Assembly (NCBI GenBank): GCA_040218735.1
Contig: JAVJQW010000043.1
Span: 32,001 to 96,000, forward strand
Length of the DNA stretch: 64,000 nucleotides
DNA from: Deltaproteobacteria bacterium
Lineage (GTDB): Bacteria > Myxococcota > Kuafuiibacteriia > Kuafuiibacteriales > Kuafuiibacteriaceae
Direction of reading: 5' to 3'
A program made the translations under genes and the position numbers. The notes below the pieces were generated by a model. The model made no database searches. It had not been told where the DNA came from and was given only the letters and a program-made list of their open reading frames with translations. Below, piece after piece: positions 36,350-46,243 of the stretch. Every line of letters begins with the position of its first letter. The stretch's first letter is position 1.

Positions 36350-38614
36350 TCACCGCGAGAAGGGCGAGTCCATGCCTTGGTGGAGCTGCTGCCGCAGCAG
36401 GGTGGTGTTGCCGTCCACGACGTAGCCGTACACCGCACCGCCAGGGAGGTTCAGGCCCAACGCGGTCGGCGTCAGCGATTCGGGCGCGCCGACGAACAGG
36501 CGCATCCGCTCGGCGCCGTACACCCCGCCGACCCCCGCGACCAGCGGGTCGATGTGCACCCAACCCGACGCCAGCGACATCCCGAAGCGCTTGGCGTTCG
36601 AGACCGTCAGCAGGTCAGGTCCGTTGCTGACGTTCCAGGTGGTGACGAGGACGCGCTCGACGCGCCCGTCGCCGTCGAAGGGGGCGCCCACGATGATGTC
36701 GTCATCGCCGTCCGCGTCGATGTCCGCGGCGAGCACGGCGTGACCGTAGCGCCCGCCGTCCACGCTGCCGTGGGCGTCGCCGGCCGCGAAGACCGTGCAC
36801 CCCGAGCCGAAGATCTTCTGATAGACCACCACCCGACCCACCTCGGCGTTGCCGCTGCGGTAGCGCGGGGCGCCGATGATCAACTCGTCGGCGGACTCGA
36901 ACTTGCCGCGCACGTTGCCGGTCGTCATGGAGAATCCGAACTCGCTGTTCGACGTCGGCGGCGTGATGTGCTGGTGGGGTTGGAAGTACTGCAAGCCGCC
37001 ACCGCAGAACACGTAGACGTGCTCGCGACCGTAGGCCGGCGCGGCGATCGCGACGTCGGCGTTCCCATCGCCGTCGAAGTCTCCGGTGGTGACCGCGGCG
37101 CCGAGCGTGAAGGGCGGCGTGCCGCCCAGGCCGCTGACGTCGAGGGGGGCCCCCAGGGCCGTGCCGCTGGGATCCAACGTATCGCCGATGAAGAAGTAGG
37201 CTCTGCCGGTCCCGAAGCCGGAGCTCGCCCGAGGAGCGCCGACGATCAGCTCGTCCGTGCCGTTGCCGTTGCCGTCGCCCGTCGCGAGGGCGGCGCCGAA
37301 CCAGTCGCCGCTGGCCTCGGCGACGCCGGAGATCGAGCTGCCGCTGAGGATGCGCCACGGGGTCAGAGGCTCGTAGTCGCTGTCGACGCACGTCGGGCAG
37401 TTCGTGTCCGTCGCTTGCGGTTGCATGTTGGCCTGGGCGAACTGGCCGCCGCCGAAGATCGAGACCGTGCCGGACGCGATGCCGAACGGGCTGAGCGCGC
37501 CGGGCGCGCCGACGGCGAGGTCGGGGAACTGATCTCCGTCGAAGTCACCCACCGCGAGCGCGGCGCCGAAGCGATCGTCGTTGCCGTGCAGGCCGCCGAC
37601 GTCCGCGTAGCGCAGGACGCGCCAGGGGACGGGCGTGCGCGCGGTGCCCTTGTAGACGAGCACGGCGCCGAACGTCGTCGAGCCGGGTCCGGCCTCACCG
37701 GGCACGCCGACGGCGATGTCGTCGTAGCCGTCCTGGTCGAAGTCGGCGACGACCATCGCTGCGCCCATGTCCTCGTTCGGGAGCGGTGTGCTCAGCGGCT
37801 CGGCGTACATCAACCACAGCGCGTTGATGTCGTGTTTGGTCGGGAGGTTGTTCGTCGCGATGGCGGTCTGGGTGCCCGGCACGTCCGGGGCGGTGTCGAC
37901 ACCGGCGCGGGCCTTCAGCGTCTGATTCGTCGTGACGTAACCCTCGGTCGTGAGTGACGTCGTGGTCTCGCAGACGAACTGCGGAGGCGTCACCGTGTAG
38001 TCCCAGACCGGCGTGCAGAACAGGTTCGTGCCGTAGTGCATGACCGACTGGTGGTCGTAGGGCGTGAGCTTCGAGTGGTCGTTCGGATCCTTGATTTCGA
38101 AGTTGTGCGCCTTGTCAGCGATGTTGGCGTGGATCACCGTGACGTAGTCGTCCCGGTCGGGCCGTTGGTGCTCGTGCCTCAGGCCGAGGATGTGGCCGAC
38201 CTCGTGAATCGCCGTGCGTACGCCTGCGTTGTCCGTGAGGTGGACGACCGACTTTCCGCCGCCCGTACCGTTCTTGGCGTGTGACCCGCCGTTCGTGTCG
38301 GGCTCGCGCTGGAACAGGATGTAGTCGCCGCTGCCGCTCGGGACCTGGATGAACTGAAGCGGCACGCGCGCTTCGAGGGCGTCGACCGCTTGTTCGACGG
38401 CGCCGACGACGTCCGCGGGGAGCACCTTGTCGGCGTCGGACCCCGAGTAATACGTGTACTGGACGACGTTGCTCGGCCAGCGCGTCCCGAGGTCGTTCCT
38501 CGCGTAGACCTCGTCGGTCGTCGTCTCGGCCTCCACCGCTTCGGGCAGCTCACCCGAGCAGGCCGTGAGCCACAGCGTCGCCCACGCGAGGTGAGTCTTG
38601 GTTGGATGTTTCAT
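36350..38614 (-). CDS. Astacin (M12A) metalloprotease lipoprotein with FG-GAP repeats
   Basis: Lipobox LTAC; HEVGHILGLRHEHQRPDRD, Met-turn SVMHY; repeated FGAALAxGDFDGDxxxDLxVGAP. Confidence 0.92.
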   Translation of the reverse strand: MKHPTKTHLAWATLWLTACSGELPEAVEAETTTDEVYARNDLGTRWPSNVVQYTYYSGSDADKVLPADVVGAVEQAVDALEARVPLQFIQVPSGSGDYILFQREPDTNGGSHAKNGTGGGKSVVHLTDNAGVRTAIHEVGHILGLRHEHQRPDRDDYVTVIHANIADKAHNFEIKDPNDHSKLTPYDHQSVMHYGTNLFCTPVWDYTVTPPQFVCETTTSLTTEGYVTTNQTLKARAGVDTAPDVPGTQTAIATNNLPTKHDINALWLMYAEPLSTPLPNEDMGAAMVVADFDQDGYDDIAVGVPGEAGPGSTTFGAVLVYKGTARTPVPWRVLRYADVGGLHGNDDRFGAALAVGDFDGDQFPDLAVGAPGALSPFGIASGTVSIFGGGQFAQANMQPQATDTNCPTCVDSDYEPLTPWRILSGSSISGVAEASGDWFGAALATGDGNGNGTDELIVGAPRASSGFGTGRAYFFIGDTLDPSGTALGAPLDVSGLGGTPPFTLGAAVTTGDFDGDGNADVAIAAPAYGREHVYVFCGGGLQYFQPHQHITPPTSNSEFGFSMTTGNVRGKFESADELIIGAPRYRSGNAEVGRVVVYQKIFGSGCTVFAAGDAHGSVDGGRYGHAVLAADIDADGDDDIIVGAPFDGDGRVERVLVTTWNVSNGPDLLTVSNAKRFGMSLASGWVHIDPLVAGVGGVYGAERMRLFVGAPESLTPTALGLNLPGGAVYGYVVDGNTTLLRQQLHQGMDSPFSR

Positions 38615-38661
38615 GGTCGTTCCTTCCTCGAGCGCGCGGGGGGGCGCATCGATCTGGGGCC

Positions 38662-38687
38662 GACTACGGGAGGTGGGGGCCGTTCCT
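38662..38687 (-). promoter_or_regulatory. Putative ECF-sigma promoter AGGA-N15-CGTAGTC upstream of astacin gene
   Basis: Reverse strand AAAGGA-acggcccccacctcc-CGTAGTC; same spacing as copies at 6605 and 30034. Confidence 0.55.
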
Positions 38688-38722
38688 TTTCTGCGGTCGG
38701 GCTTCGAGGGTTTTCGATCTGC

Positions 38723-38742
38723 TTGACTGACGAGTCAATCAA
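38723..38742. promoter_or_regulatory. 20-bp palindromic operator (TetR/FadR-like) upstream of beta-oxidation genes
   Basis: TTGACTGAC-GA-GTCAATCAA, 9-bp arms with one mismatch, 17 nt before the ATG. Confidence 0.65.
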
Positions 38743-38759
38743 TCCCAACAAGGGGACCC

Positions 38760-41702
38760 ATGGGGACCCTCCGCTTCGACGGTAAGACCGTCATCGTCAC
38801 CGGCGCCGGCAACGGGCTCGGCCGCGCGCACGCGCTCCTGTTCGGGAGCCGCGGCGCGAACGTCGTGGTCAACGACCTCGGCGGGAGCATGCACGGCGGG
38901 GGCAAGAGCAGCGCCGCCGCCGACGAGGTGGTCGAGCAGATCAAGGCGGCGGGCGGGAACGCGGTCGCGAACTACGACTCGGTCGAGGACGGCGCGAGCA
39001 TCGTGAAGACGGCGATGGACGCGTTCGGGCGGGTCGACGTGCTCGTGAACAACGCGGGCATCCTCCGCGACAAGTCGTTCGCGAAGATGACGGAGGAGGA
39101 CTGGGAGCTCGTCTACCGCGTGCACGTCCTCGGCGCGTTCCGTGTGACGCACGCGGTCTGGCCGATCATGCGCGAGCAGCAGTATGGGCGCATCGTCATG
39201 ACCGCGTCGGCGGCCGGGCTGTACGGCAACTTCGGACAGGCGAACTACGCGATGGCGAAGCTCGGGCTCGCGGGCTTTTCGAACACCCTCGCGATCGAGG
39301 GCCGCACGAAAAACGTGCACGTGAACACGATCGCGCCGATCGCCGGCTCACGGCTGACCGAGACGGTGATGCCGCAGGAGCTCGTCGACGCGCTGAAGCC
39401 CGAGTACGTCTCGCCGCTCGTCGCGTACCTCTGCCACGAGGACACCGAGGAGACGGGCGGCATCTTCGAGGTGGGCGGTGGGTTCTTCGGCAAGCTGCGC
39501 TGGGAGCGCAGCGTTGGATCGATGACGCGGCTTGGGCGAGAGATCACGCCCGAGATCGTCGCGAGCCACTGGGACAGCATCGCGGGCTTCGACGAGACGA
39601 CGCACCCCGCGGACGTGATGGGGTCGATGCAGCCGATCGTCGAGAACGTCAGCGCCGGTCCGAGCCGGGGCGGCAACGAATTCATCGACGTCGACGCCGC
39701 GCTCGGCGCCGAGCTCCCGGCGGTGAAGACGAAGTACGACGAGCGCGACCTCGCGCTCTACGCGTTGGGCGTGGGGGCCGCGGAGGACCCGTCGGGCGCG
39801 GACCTCCCGCTCGTGTACGAGCTGCACAACGAGGGCTTCAAGGCGCTGCCGACCTATGCGGTGGTGCCCGCGGTGAACGCGTTCCTGAACGCGATGAAGG
39901 ACGGCCTCAGCGTGCCCGGGTTGAACTACGGGCTCGACCGCGTCCTGCACGGCGAGCAGCGCACGACGCTGATTCGCCCGCTGCCGAAGAACGCGACGCT
40001 CACGCACAAGGCGCGCGTGAAGAACATCTTCGACAAAGGCAAACACGGGATCGTCGAGATCGAGACGAAGACCTACGACGAAGACGACGATCTGCTGTGC
40101 ATCAACGAGATCGTGATCGTCGTGCGCGGCGCCGGCGGTTGGGGCGGTGAGCGTGGCGAGTCGAGCGAGGCGAAGCCGATCCCCGAGACGAAGCCGGACG
40201 CTGTCGTCGAGGAGAAGACCCACGACAACCAAGCGCTGCTCTACCGCCTCTCCGGGGACTGGAACCCGCTGCACGCCGATCCGCAGTTCGCGAAGATGTT
40301 CGGCTTCGACCGGCCGATCCTCCACGGGCTCTGCACGCTCGGCTTCGCGGGGCGGCACGTGGTGCAGGCGTTCGCGAACAACGACCCGCGCTACGTGAAG
40401 CGCATCGGCGTTCGGTTCGCGGACAGCGTGTTCCCGGGCGAGACGCTCGTGACCGAGATGTGGAAGCAGGACGGCGCGATTCGTTTCGTGACGAAGGCGA
40501 AGGAGCGCGACTCGGTGGTGCTCAAGGACGGCGTCATCGAGCTGTTCGACGAGATTCCGAAGAAGGCACCGAAGTCGAAGACGATCGAGCTGCCGGTCTC
40601 CGACGAAGGCGCGACCGCGGTGCCGACGAGCGCGGACGTGTTCACGGCGATTCGGCGTTACATCGAAGCGAATCCGTCGCTCGCGAAGAACGTGCAGACG
40701 GTGTTCCGCTTCGAACTGTCGAACCCCGGTAGCGCGTGGACGATCGATCTGAAGAAGGGCGAGGTGCACGTCGGGCGGGACGGCGATGCAGACACCACGC
40801 TCGCGCTGACCGACGACGACTTCATGAAGATGTGCACCGGCGAGGCCGACGCACAGAAGATGTTCATGAACGGGCAGCTGAAGATCACGGGCAACGTGAT
40901 GGCGTCGCAGAAGCTGGAGTTCCTGAAGAAGCTCGACCCCGCGTGGGTGTTCGAGGCGGCCGCGGAGCGAGGTGGCGGCGCGGCGCCGGTCGTGAGCGAC
41001 GAGCCCACGAGCTGGGACGTCTTCATCGCGATCGAGGACCACGTGAAGCGGAACCCGGACCTCGTCGCGAAGATCGGCATGGTCTACCGCTTCGACCTCA
41101 CGGACCCGAGCACCACGTGGACAATCGATCTGAAGAACGGCGCGGTCGTCGAGGGGGCGCCCGCGAGCGCGGACTGCACGCTCACGCTATCGGACGCCGA
41201 CTTCATGGCGATGACCAAGGGCGAGGCGGATCCGCAGAAGCTCTTCATGGGTGGGCAGCTGAAGATCAGCGGCAACATCATGGCGTCGCAGAAGCTCGAG
41301 TTCCTGCAGAAGATGGATCCCGAGGAAGCGAAGGCCGCGGTGATCGCGGCGCGCAAGGCGGGGCGCGGACCTTCGGCGAACGAAACGACGACCGCGGACG
41401 CGCCTTCGGCCTCGCAGGCGGAGGCGATCGCGAAGCAGATCGAGGCGCAGCTCGCGGAGGCGAAGGACCTCGCGGGGACGGTTCAGATCCTGCTGACGGA
41501 TCCGGACGCGGCGATGACGGTCGACGCGTCGGCGGTGAAGCTGGAGCGCGCGTCGGAACCGTCGGCGACGGTCACGGTTGCGCAGGACGACCTGCTCGGC
41601 CTGTTGAAGAAGGAGAAGTCCGCGCAGGAGCTGTTCCAGCGCGGCGAGCTCAGGATCGACGGTGACCTCGACGTCGCCCGACGCCTCTGGTTCATTCGGT
41701 AA
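38760..41702 (+). CDS. Peroxisomal-type multifunctional enzyme 2 homolog (SDR + MaoC hydratase 2 + three SCP2 domains)
   Basis: [28 protein letters not shown]; [18 protein letters not shown]; SCP2 [24 protein letters not shown]. Confidence 0.92.
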   Translation: MGTLRFDGKTVIVTGAGNGLGRAHALLFGSRGANVVVNDLGGSMHGGGKSSAAADEVVEQIKAAGGNAVANYDSVEDGASIVKTAMDAFGRVDVLVNNAGILRDKSFAKMTEEDWELVYRVHVLGAFRVTHAVWPIMREQQYGRIVMTASAAGLYGNFGQANYAMAKLGLAGFSNTLAIEGRTKNVHVNTIAPIAGSRLTETVMPQELVDALKPEYVSPLVAYLCHEDTEETGGIFEVGGGFFGKLRWERSVGSMTRLGREITPEIVASHWDSIAGFDETTHPADVMGSMQPIVENVSAGPSRGGNEFIDVDAALGAELPAVKTKYDERDLALYALGVGAAEDPSGADLPLVYELHNEGFKALPTYAVVPAVNAFLNAMKDGLSVPGLNYGLDRVLHGEQRTTLIRPLPKNATLTHKARVKNIFDKGKHGIVEIETKTYDEDDDLLCINEIVIVVRGAGGWGGERGESSEAKPIPETKPDAVVEEKTHDNQALLYRLSGDWNPLHADPQFAKMFGFDRPILHGLCTLGFAGRHVVQAFANNDPRYVKRIGVRFADSVFPGETLVTEMWKQDGAIRFVTKAKERDSVVLKDGVIELFDEIPKKAPKSKTIELPVSDEGATAVPTSADVFTAIRRYIEANPSLAKNVQTVFRFELSNPGSAWTIDLKKGEVHVGRDGDADTTLALTDDDFMKMCTGEADAQKMFMNGQLKITGNVMASQKLEFLKKLDPAWVFEAAAERGGGAAPVVSDEPTSWDVFIAIEDHVKRNPDLVAKIGMVYRFDLTDPSTTWTIDLKNGAVVEGAPASADCTLTLSDADFMAMTKGEADPQKLFMGGQLKISGNIMASQKLEFLQKMDPEEAKAAVIAARKAGRGPSANETTTADAPSASQAEAIAKQIEAQLAEAKDLAGTVQILLTDPDAAMTVDASAVKLERASEPSATVTVAQDDLLGLLKKEKSAQELFQRGELRIDGDLDVARRLWFIR

Positions 41703-41716
41703 AGGAGATCGAGAGC

Positions 41717-42898
41717 ATGAAACGCAAAACGAACGTCATCGGCGTGGGCATGATCAAATTCGCGAAGCCCGGCGCGAGCGACGACTACCACGTGATGGCG
41801 AAGAACGCGGCGCACGCCGCGCTCGAAGACGCCTCGGTCCCCTACGACGCCGTCGAGCAGGCGTACGCCGGTTACGTCTACGGCGACAGCACCTGCGGGC
41901 AGCGCGCGCTGTACGAGGTCGGGCTCACGGGCATCCCGGTGTTCAACGTGAACAACAACTGCTCGACCGGTTCGACCGCGTTGATGCTCGGGCGTCAGGC
42001 GATCGAAGCGGGCGTCGCGGAGTGTGTGTTGGTCGTCGGCTTCGAGAAGATGGAGCGCGGCGCACTCGGCGCGAAGTACACCGACCGTACGAGCCCGATC
42101 GAGCTGCACGCCAACGTGATGAGCAAGGTGCAGGGCTTCTCGAACGCGCCGCCGACCGCGCAGATGTTCGGCGGGGCGGGGCGTGAGTACCGTTGGAAAC
42201 ACGGCACGAAGCGCGAGACGTTCGCGAAGATCTCCTCCAAGGCGCGCTCCCACGCGGCCAACAACCCGTACGCGTTGTTCAACCAGCCGCTGACGGTGGA
42301 AGAGGTCATGGCGTCGCCCGAGGTGTTCGATCCGCTGACGCGGTTCCAGTGCTGCCCGCCCACGTGCGGTGCGGCGGCGGCGGTCCTCGCGTCCGAAGAG
42401 TTCGCGAAGAAACACAACATCGACAACCCGGTCTACATCGCGTCGCAGGCGATGACGACGGACTACGCGTCGTCGTTCGAGTCGGACTCGATGATCAAGA
42501 TGGTCGGCTTCGACATGACGAAGAACGCCGCGAAGAAGGTCTACGAGGACACGGGCATCGGGCCGGACGACGTCGACGTCGTCGAGCTGCACGACTGCTT
42601 CACCGCGAACGAGCTGCTCACCTACGAGGCGCTCGGGCTGTGCGACGAGGGCCAGGCCGAGAAGTTCATCTGGGACGGCGACAACACGTACGGCGGCAAG
42701 TTCGTCACGAACCCGTCCGGTGGCCTCCTCTCGAAGGGGCACCCCCTCGGCGCGACGGGCCTCGCGCAGTGCACGGAGCTCGTGTGGCAGCTGCGCGGAC
42801 AGGCCGACAAGCGCCAGGTCGACGGCGCGCGCGTCGCGCTCCAGCACAACCTCGGCCTCGGCGGCGCCTGCGTGGTGACGATGTACCGCAGGGATTAG
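41717..42898 (+). CDS. SCPx-type thiolase (lipid-transfer protein family)
   Basis: [40 protein letters not shown]. Confidence 0.92.
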   Translation: MKRKTNVIGVGMIKFAKPGASDDYHVMAKNAAHAALEDASVPYDAVEQAYAGYVYGDSTCGQRALYEVGLTGIPVFNVNNNCSTGSTALMLGRQAIEAGVAECVLVVGFEKMERGALGAKYTDRTSPIELHANVMSKVQGFSNAPPTAQMFGGAGREYRWKHGTKRETFAKISSKARSHAANNPYALFNQPLTVEEVMASPEVFDPLTRFQCCPPTCGAAAAVLASEEFAKKHNIDNPVYIASQAMTTDYASSFESDSMIKMVGFDMTKNAAKKVYEDTGIGPDDVDVVELHDCFTANELLTYEALGLCDEGQAEKFIWDGDNTYGGKFVTNPSGGLLSKGHPLGATGLAQCTELVWQLRGQADKRQVDGARVALQHNLGLGGACVVTMYRRD

Positions 42899-42908
42899 AC
42901 TGGAGGGC

Positions 42909-43754
42909 GTGCGCGCGCTCCTCGTTGGTCTGGTCCTCCTCCCGACGGCGGCCGTCGCTGCGCCGCCGTCGGTCCAACCCGGCCAGCAGTACCCCGGCCC
43001 CGCGACGGTCCGCTTCGACGCGGTCGGCGTGGACATGAAGATCCCCGCGAAGTGGATCGGCGCGATGGCGCCGAACGGGGAGGCGTTCCTGCTCGTCTCG
43101 AAGACCGAGCCGGGGATGATCGTCGCGACGGGTGAGCCGGAGTCGAGCGTCGCGAAGGTGAAGGCTTCGATGTCGGAGGCGTTCCCGCTCGAGGACGTGA
43201 CGCTGACGCCGACGGGTGCGCCCAAGGTGAAGGGCCATCGCGTGACGCAGAGTTACTCGGGGAGCGGGGGCAAGCAGCCGCTGATCGGAGAGGCGGCGGC
43301 GATCGTGAAGGGCGGCGTCGCAGTGGGGTTCGTCGCGGTCGGTCCGAAGTCGGCGCAGCAGGCGCACAAGAAGCTCGTCGCGCGGCTCGTGAAGAACGTG
43401 CGCTTCCTCCCGAAGCCCAAGGCCGGAGACACCGGCGGTGGCGCGTGGCATCAGAAGCTCACGGGGTACGCGCTCGAGCACCTGCGGACGAGCGGCGGCC
43501 TGTCGACGCGCCACACGATCCACCTCTGTCGCAACGGGACGTTCTCCTCGTCCGGCGGCGACAGCTACCTGTCGGGCGGCTTCTCGGCGGTGGGTTCGAG
43601 CGGCAGCTCGGGCACGTGGCGCATCGCGGGCTCGACGCTCACGCTGACCCACCGCGGCGGCGGCACGACGAAGCATGCGATCACCGCGAAGGGGAGCAAG
43701 ACGTTCCTCGACGGGACGCGCTACTTCGTCGCGAACCCGGCGAGCTGTCGCTGA
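42909..43754 (+). CDS. Secreted hypothetical protein
   Basis: GGAGG RBS, signal peptide, host-like codon bias. Confidence 0.7.
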   Translation: MRALLVGLVLLPTAAVAAPPSVQPGQQYPGPATVRFDAVGVDMKIPAKWIGAMAPNGEAFLLVSKTEPGMIVATGEPESSVAKVKASMSEAFPLEDVTLTPTGAPKVKGHRVTQSYSGSGGKQPLIGEAAAIVKGGVAVGFVAVGPKSAQQAHKKLVARLVKNVRFLPKPKAGDTGGGAWHQKLTGYALEHLRTSGGLSTRHTIHLCRNGTFSSSGGDSYLSGGFSAVGSSGSSGTWRIAGSTLTLTHRGGGTTKHAITAKGSKTFLDGTRYFVANPASCR

Positions 43755-43777
43755 GCCGGGGCGTCCGGTTCGACGTG

Positions 43778-44275
43778 TCAGAGCGCGTCGATGTGCTCGA
43801 TGAGGATCTGGCTCCAGGGACCGTAGCGCGCTCTGTCGTGCGCGAGGTCGCCCGGGCCGCTCACGCCGTGGGCGGAGCTCGGCGGGAGCCGCTCCTTCAG
43901 GCGACCGACGTAGACGAGACCGACGCCGTCGTCCTGAATGATCCCCACGAGTCGCCAGCTCGTCAGCAGGTCGGGGGCGATCGTCGGGGCGACGAGCTGC
44001 TCCGCGACGCGATCGATCGCCTCGTCGAGGAAGAGCGGCGGGTCACGCTCCGGCCACGCGAGGGGGTGCCGCAGGACGAGGCTGGGGCCGCGGTGCGTCA
44101 GCCACGCGTGGTTGTGGTGGAACGCAGCGACGATCTCGATCTCGGCGAGGCCTGGGCCCGGCACTTCGAGTTCGACGCAAGCGTAGTGCCGTTCGATCTC
44201 CTCGCGAGGGAGGGCGACGAAGGGCCGCGCCCCCAGCTGCGCGGCGAGGGCTCGAGGGGAGAGGGCGAGGTGCAC
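43778..44275 (-). CDS. Hypothetical protein, possibly degenerate NUDIX-like phosphoesterase
   Basis: Fills the intergenic gap; GIIQDD.VGLVY and WSQILIE resemble that family; start uncertain. Confidence 0.45.
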   Translation of the reverse strand: MHLALSPRALAAQLGARPFVALPREEIERHYACVELEVPGPGLAEIEIVAAFHHNHAWLTHRGPSLVLRHPLAWPERDPPLFLDEAIDRVAEQLVAPTIAPDLLTSWRLVGIIQDDGVGLVYVGRLKERLPPSSAHGVSGPGDLAHDRARYGPWSQILIEHIDAL

Positions 44276-44283
44276 GACCGTGA

Positions 44284-45036
44284 TTAGGGGGTGAGGCCGC
44301 AGCGGTCCGCGGCCATCGACGCGAAGTCGCAGCAGTCGTCCTGCGAGCGCACGCCGAAGGTGGTGCCGACGCGCGCGCCCTGCACGCAGGTGCACACCCA
44401 GATCATGCCGGCGGACGTGGAGGCTTCGCTGCACTCGATGGCGGCGTCGCCGGAGCTCTGCGGGCAGGTCTGCGAGATCTCCGCGAAGCACGTCGGTTCG
44501 GGAGCGACGGTGGATGTGCCCGCGTCGCGGATCGGGGGCGGCTCGACGGAGCCGCCGCAGGAGACGCTCGGTGAGCAGTCACAGTCCTCTTGGGCTTGGA
44601 AGCTATCGATGCACCGGCCGAAGAAATCGGGGAAGTCGTTTTCGTCGCAGGTCGACGGGCTCTGCAAGATGCATTGCAAGGTCGCGTCGAACTCCGAGAG
44701 GCAGCCGGCGGCTTCGGCTTCGGCGCGAGACTCGGCGCCTTCCATGAGGCAGTCACCTTCGTTCTCGACGCAGGGGATGGCGTCGAACTTGTCGCAGACC
44801 TGACGGATCTCGTTGGTCGGCGCGCCGACGTTGACGTTGATCGGCTCGGGCGGCGTGAAGACCTGGATGCAGGTGCTGTTCGCGCAAGCCAGGCTGCACG
44901 AGCAGTCGGCGCTCGTCACGCAGGCGCCGCCGGCGGGGGAGGTGCCGCACATCGCGGGGGTGCCCAAGTCGGTCGGGTCGCGGCTGCCGAGGCAGCCGGC
45001 GAGGAGGAGGGCCAGGAGGACTACGGAGCGTCGCAC
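44284..45036 (-). CDS. Cys-rich lipoprotein
   Basis: VRRSVVLLALLLAGC lipobox; many Cys. Confidence 0.72.
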   Translation of the reverse strand: MRRSVVLLALLLAGCLGSRDPTDLGTPAMCGTSPAGGACVTSADCSCSLACANSTCIQVFTPPEPINVNVGAPTNEIRQVCDKFDAIPCVENEGDCLMEGAESRAEAEAAGCLSEFDATLQCILQSPSTCDENDFPDFFGRCIDSFQAQEDCDCSPSVSCGGSVEPPPIRDAGTSTVAPEPTCFAEISQTCPQSSGDAAIECSEASTSAGMIWVCTCVQGARVGTTFGVRSQDDCCDFASMAADRCGLTP

Positions 45037-45064
45037 GCGATCGTTGTACCCGACTTTTTGGGGT

Positions 45065-45487
45065 TCAGGCGTCAGGGAGCGCGTGGAGCAGCTCGAGCAG
45101 ATCGAAGCCGAGCTCGCCGTAGGCGTGCGCCATGTGGGCGAGGTACTCGGGGCAAGGTGCGTTGCGCGGTTGGTCGGAGCGGCGGACGTAGGTCCACAGC
45201 GTCTCGCCGGCGATCTCGATCTCGACGCGGTGGTAGTTGCCTTCGAAATCGTCGAGGCGGGCGAGCGCCTCGTCGGCGAGCGCGTAGATCCGGCCCGCCA
45301 CGGAGCGGCCGGGGTTCGGGACGATCGTCGCGACGCCACCCTCTCGCCAGTTCTTCGAGGTGCCGGCGAAGACGAGGCGGTAGCCGTCGAGGCGGGCGGC
45401 ACCCCGATCCTCGATGGTCATGTCGCAGCGATCCTGCATCTGCTGCGGGTTCAGGTTCGAACCGTAGGCGAAGTACCGAGCCAACAC
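45065..45487 (-). CDS. Gamma-glutamylcyclotransferase family protein
   Basis: YFAYGSNL, GVATIVP, LDDFEG.Y. Confidence 0.88.
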   Translation of the reverse strand: MLARYFAYGSNLNPQQMQDRCDMTIEDRGAARLDGYRLVFAGTSKNWREGGVATIVPNPGRSVAGRIYALADEALARLDDFEGNYHRVEIEIAGETLWTYVRRSDQPRNAPCPEYLAHMAHAYGELGFDLLELLHALPDA

Positions 45488-45514
45488 GCTACTTGTACCG
45501 AGCCCGGCGAAATC

Positions 45515-45543
45515 TTGTTTACTGAACAAAAGTGCGGTATATC
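45515..45543 (+). promoter_or_regulatory. Putative promoter with LexA-like box between -35 and -10
   Basis: TTGTTT 45515-45520, ACTGAAC-AAAA-GTGCGGT 45521-45538, TATATC 45538-45543, ATG at 45551. Confidence 0.6.
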
Positions 45544-45550
45544 GATCGGG

Positions 45551-46243
45551 ATGTCCACGGCGGCCCGTACCACCGACCTCGACGCGATTCGCGCCCTCCT
45601 GAAGAAGAAGGCGCCCTTCGTCGGAGAGCGGGGCGGCCGGCCGACGGGCGTGCCCGAGCTCGACCGCCTCCTCGGGGGCGGCTTCGTGAAGGGCGGCATC
45701 ACCGTGCTGACCGGGCTCCCCGGTTCGGGACGGATGTCGATCGCCGCGCGGCTCCTCGCGGAGGAGACGCACCGGCGACCCGTGGCGTGGATCGACGCCA
45801 AGGGCACGCTCTACCCGCCGGCCCTCGCGAACCTCGGCGTTCGTTTGAATCGAATGCTGATAGTGCGCGGCGCGAAGGACCGATCCGTCTACGCGGCGGA
45901 GCAGATCATCGCGTCGCGGGCGTTCGGGGTCGTCATCGCCATAGGGCTCGACGGCCAGCTCGACGACGCGCGCGCGCGCCGGCTGCAGACGGTGACGGAG
46001 GGGACGGACACGACCACCGTGTTGATCCTCGAGCCGCGCGCCGCGGAGCGCTTCGGCAACGCGGTGATGAAGCTGTCGATGACGCGCCGGGCGACCTCGA
46101 TGATCGTGCAGGTCGACAAGGATCGCACCGGCGCCGCCGGGCGGCGCGCGACGATCTCGAACGCGGTGACGGGGTTCAGTCCGTCTCGGGATGTGTTGGA
46201 CGAGGTGGCTCCGGTGCCGGTGCCGATGGCTTATGCCGGGTGA
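45551..46243 (+). CDS. ImuA-like / inactive RecA-fold protein
   Basis: PTGVPELDRLLGGG, degenerate Walker A GLPGSGRMS, VAWID...LYPPALANLGVRLNRML, ARRLQ. Confidence 0.78.
   Translation: MSTAARTTDLDAIRALLKKKAPFVGERGGRPTGVPELDRLLGGGFVKGGITVLTGLPGSGRMSIAARLLAEETHRRPVAWIDAKGTLYPPALANLGVRLNRMLIVRGAKDRSVYAAEQIIASRAFGVVIAIGLDGQLDDARARRLQTVTEGTDTTTVLILEPRAAERFGNAVMKLSMTRRATSMIVQVDKDRTGAAGRRATISNAVTGFSPSRDVLDEVAPVPVPMAYAG

Noticed and set aside
44813-45550. Long N-terminal extension of the imuA-like ORF in the ORF track
   Set aside because: Overlaps two real minus-strand genes; the promoter-like signals support the ATG at 45551
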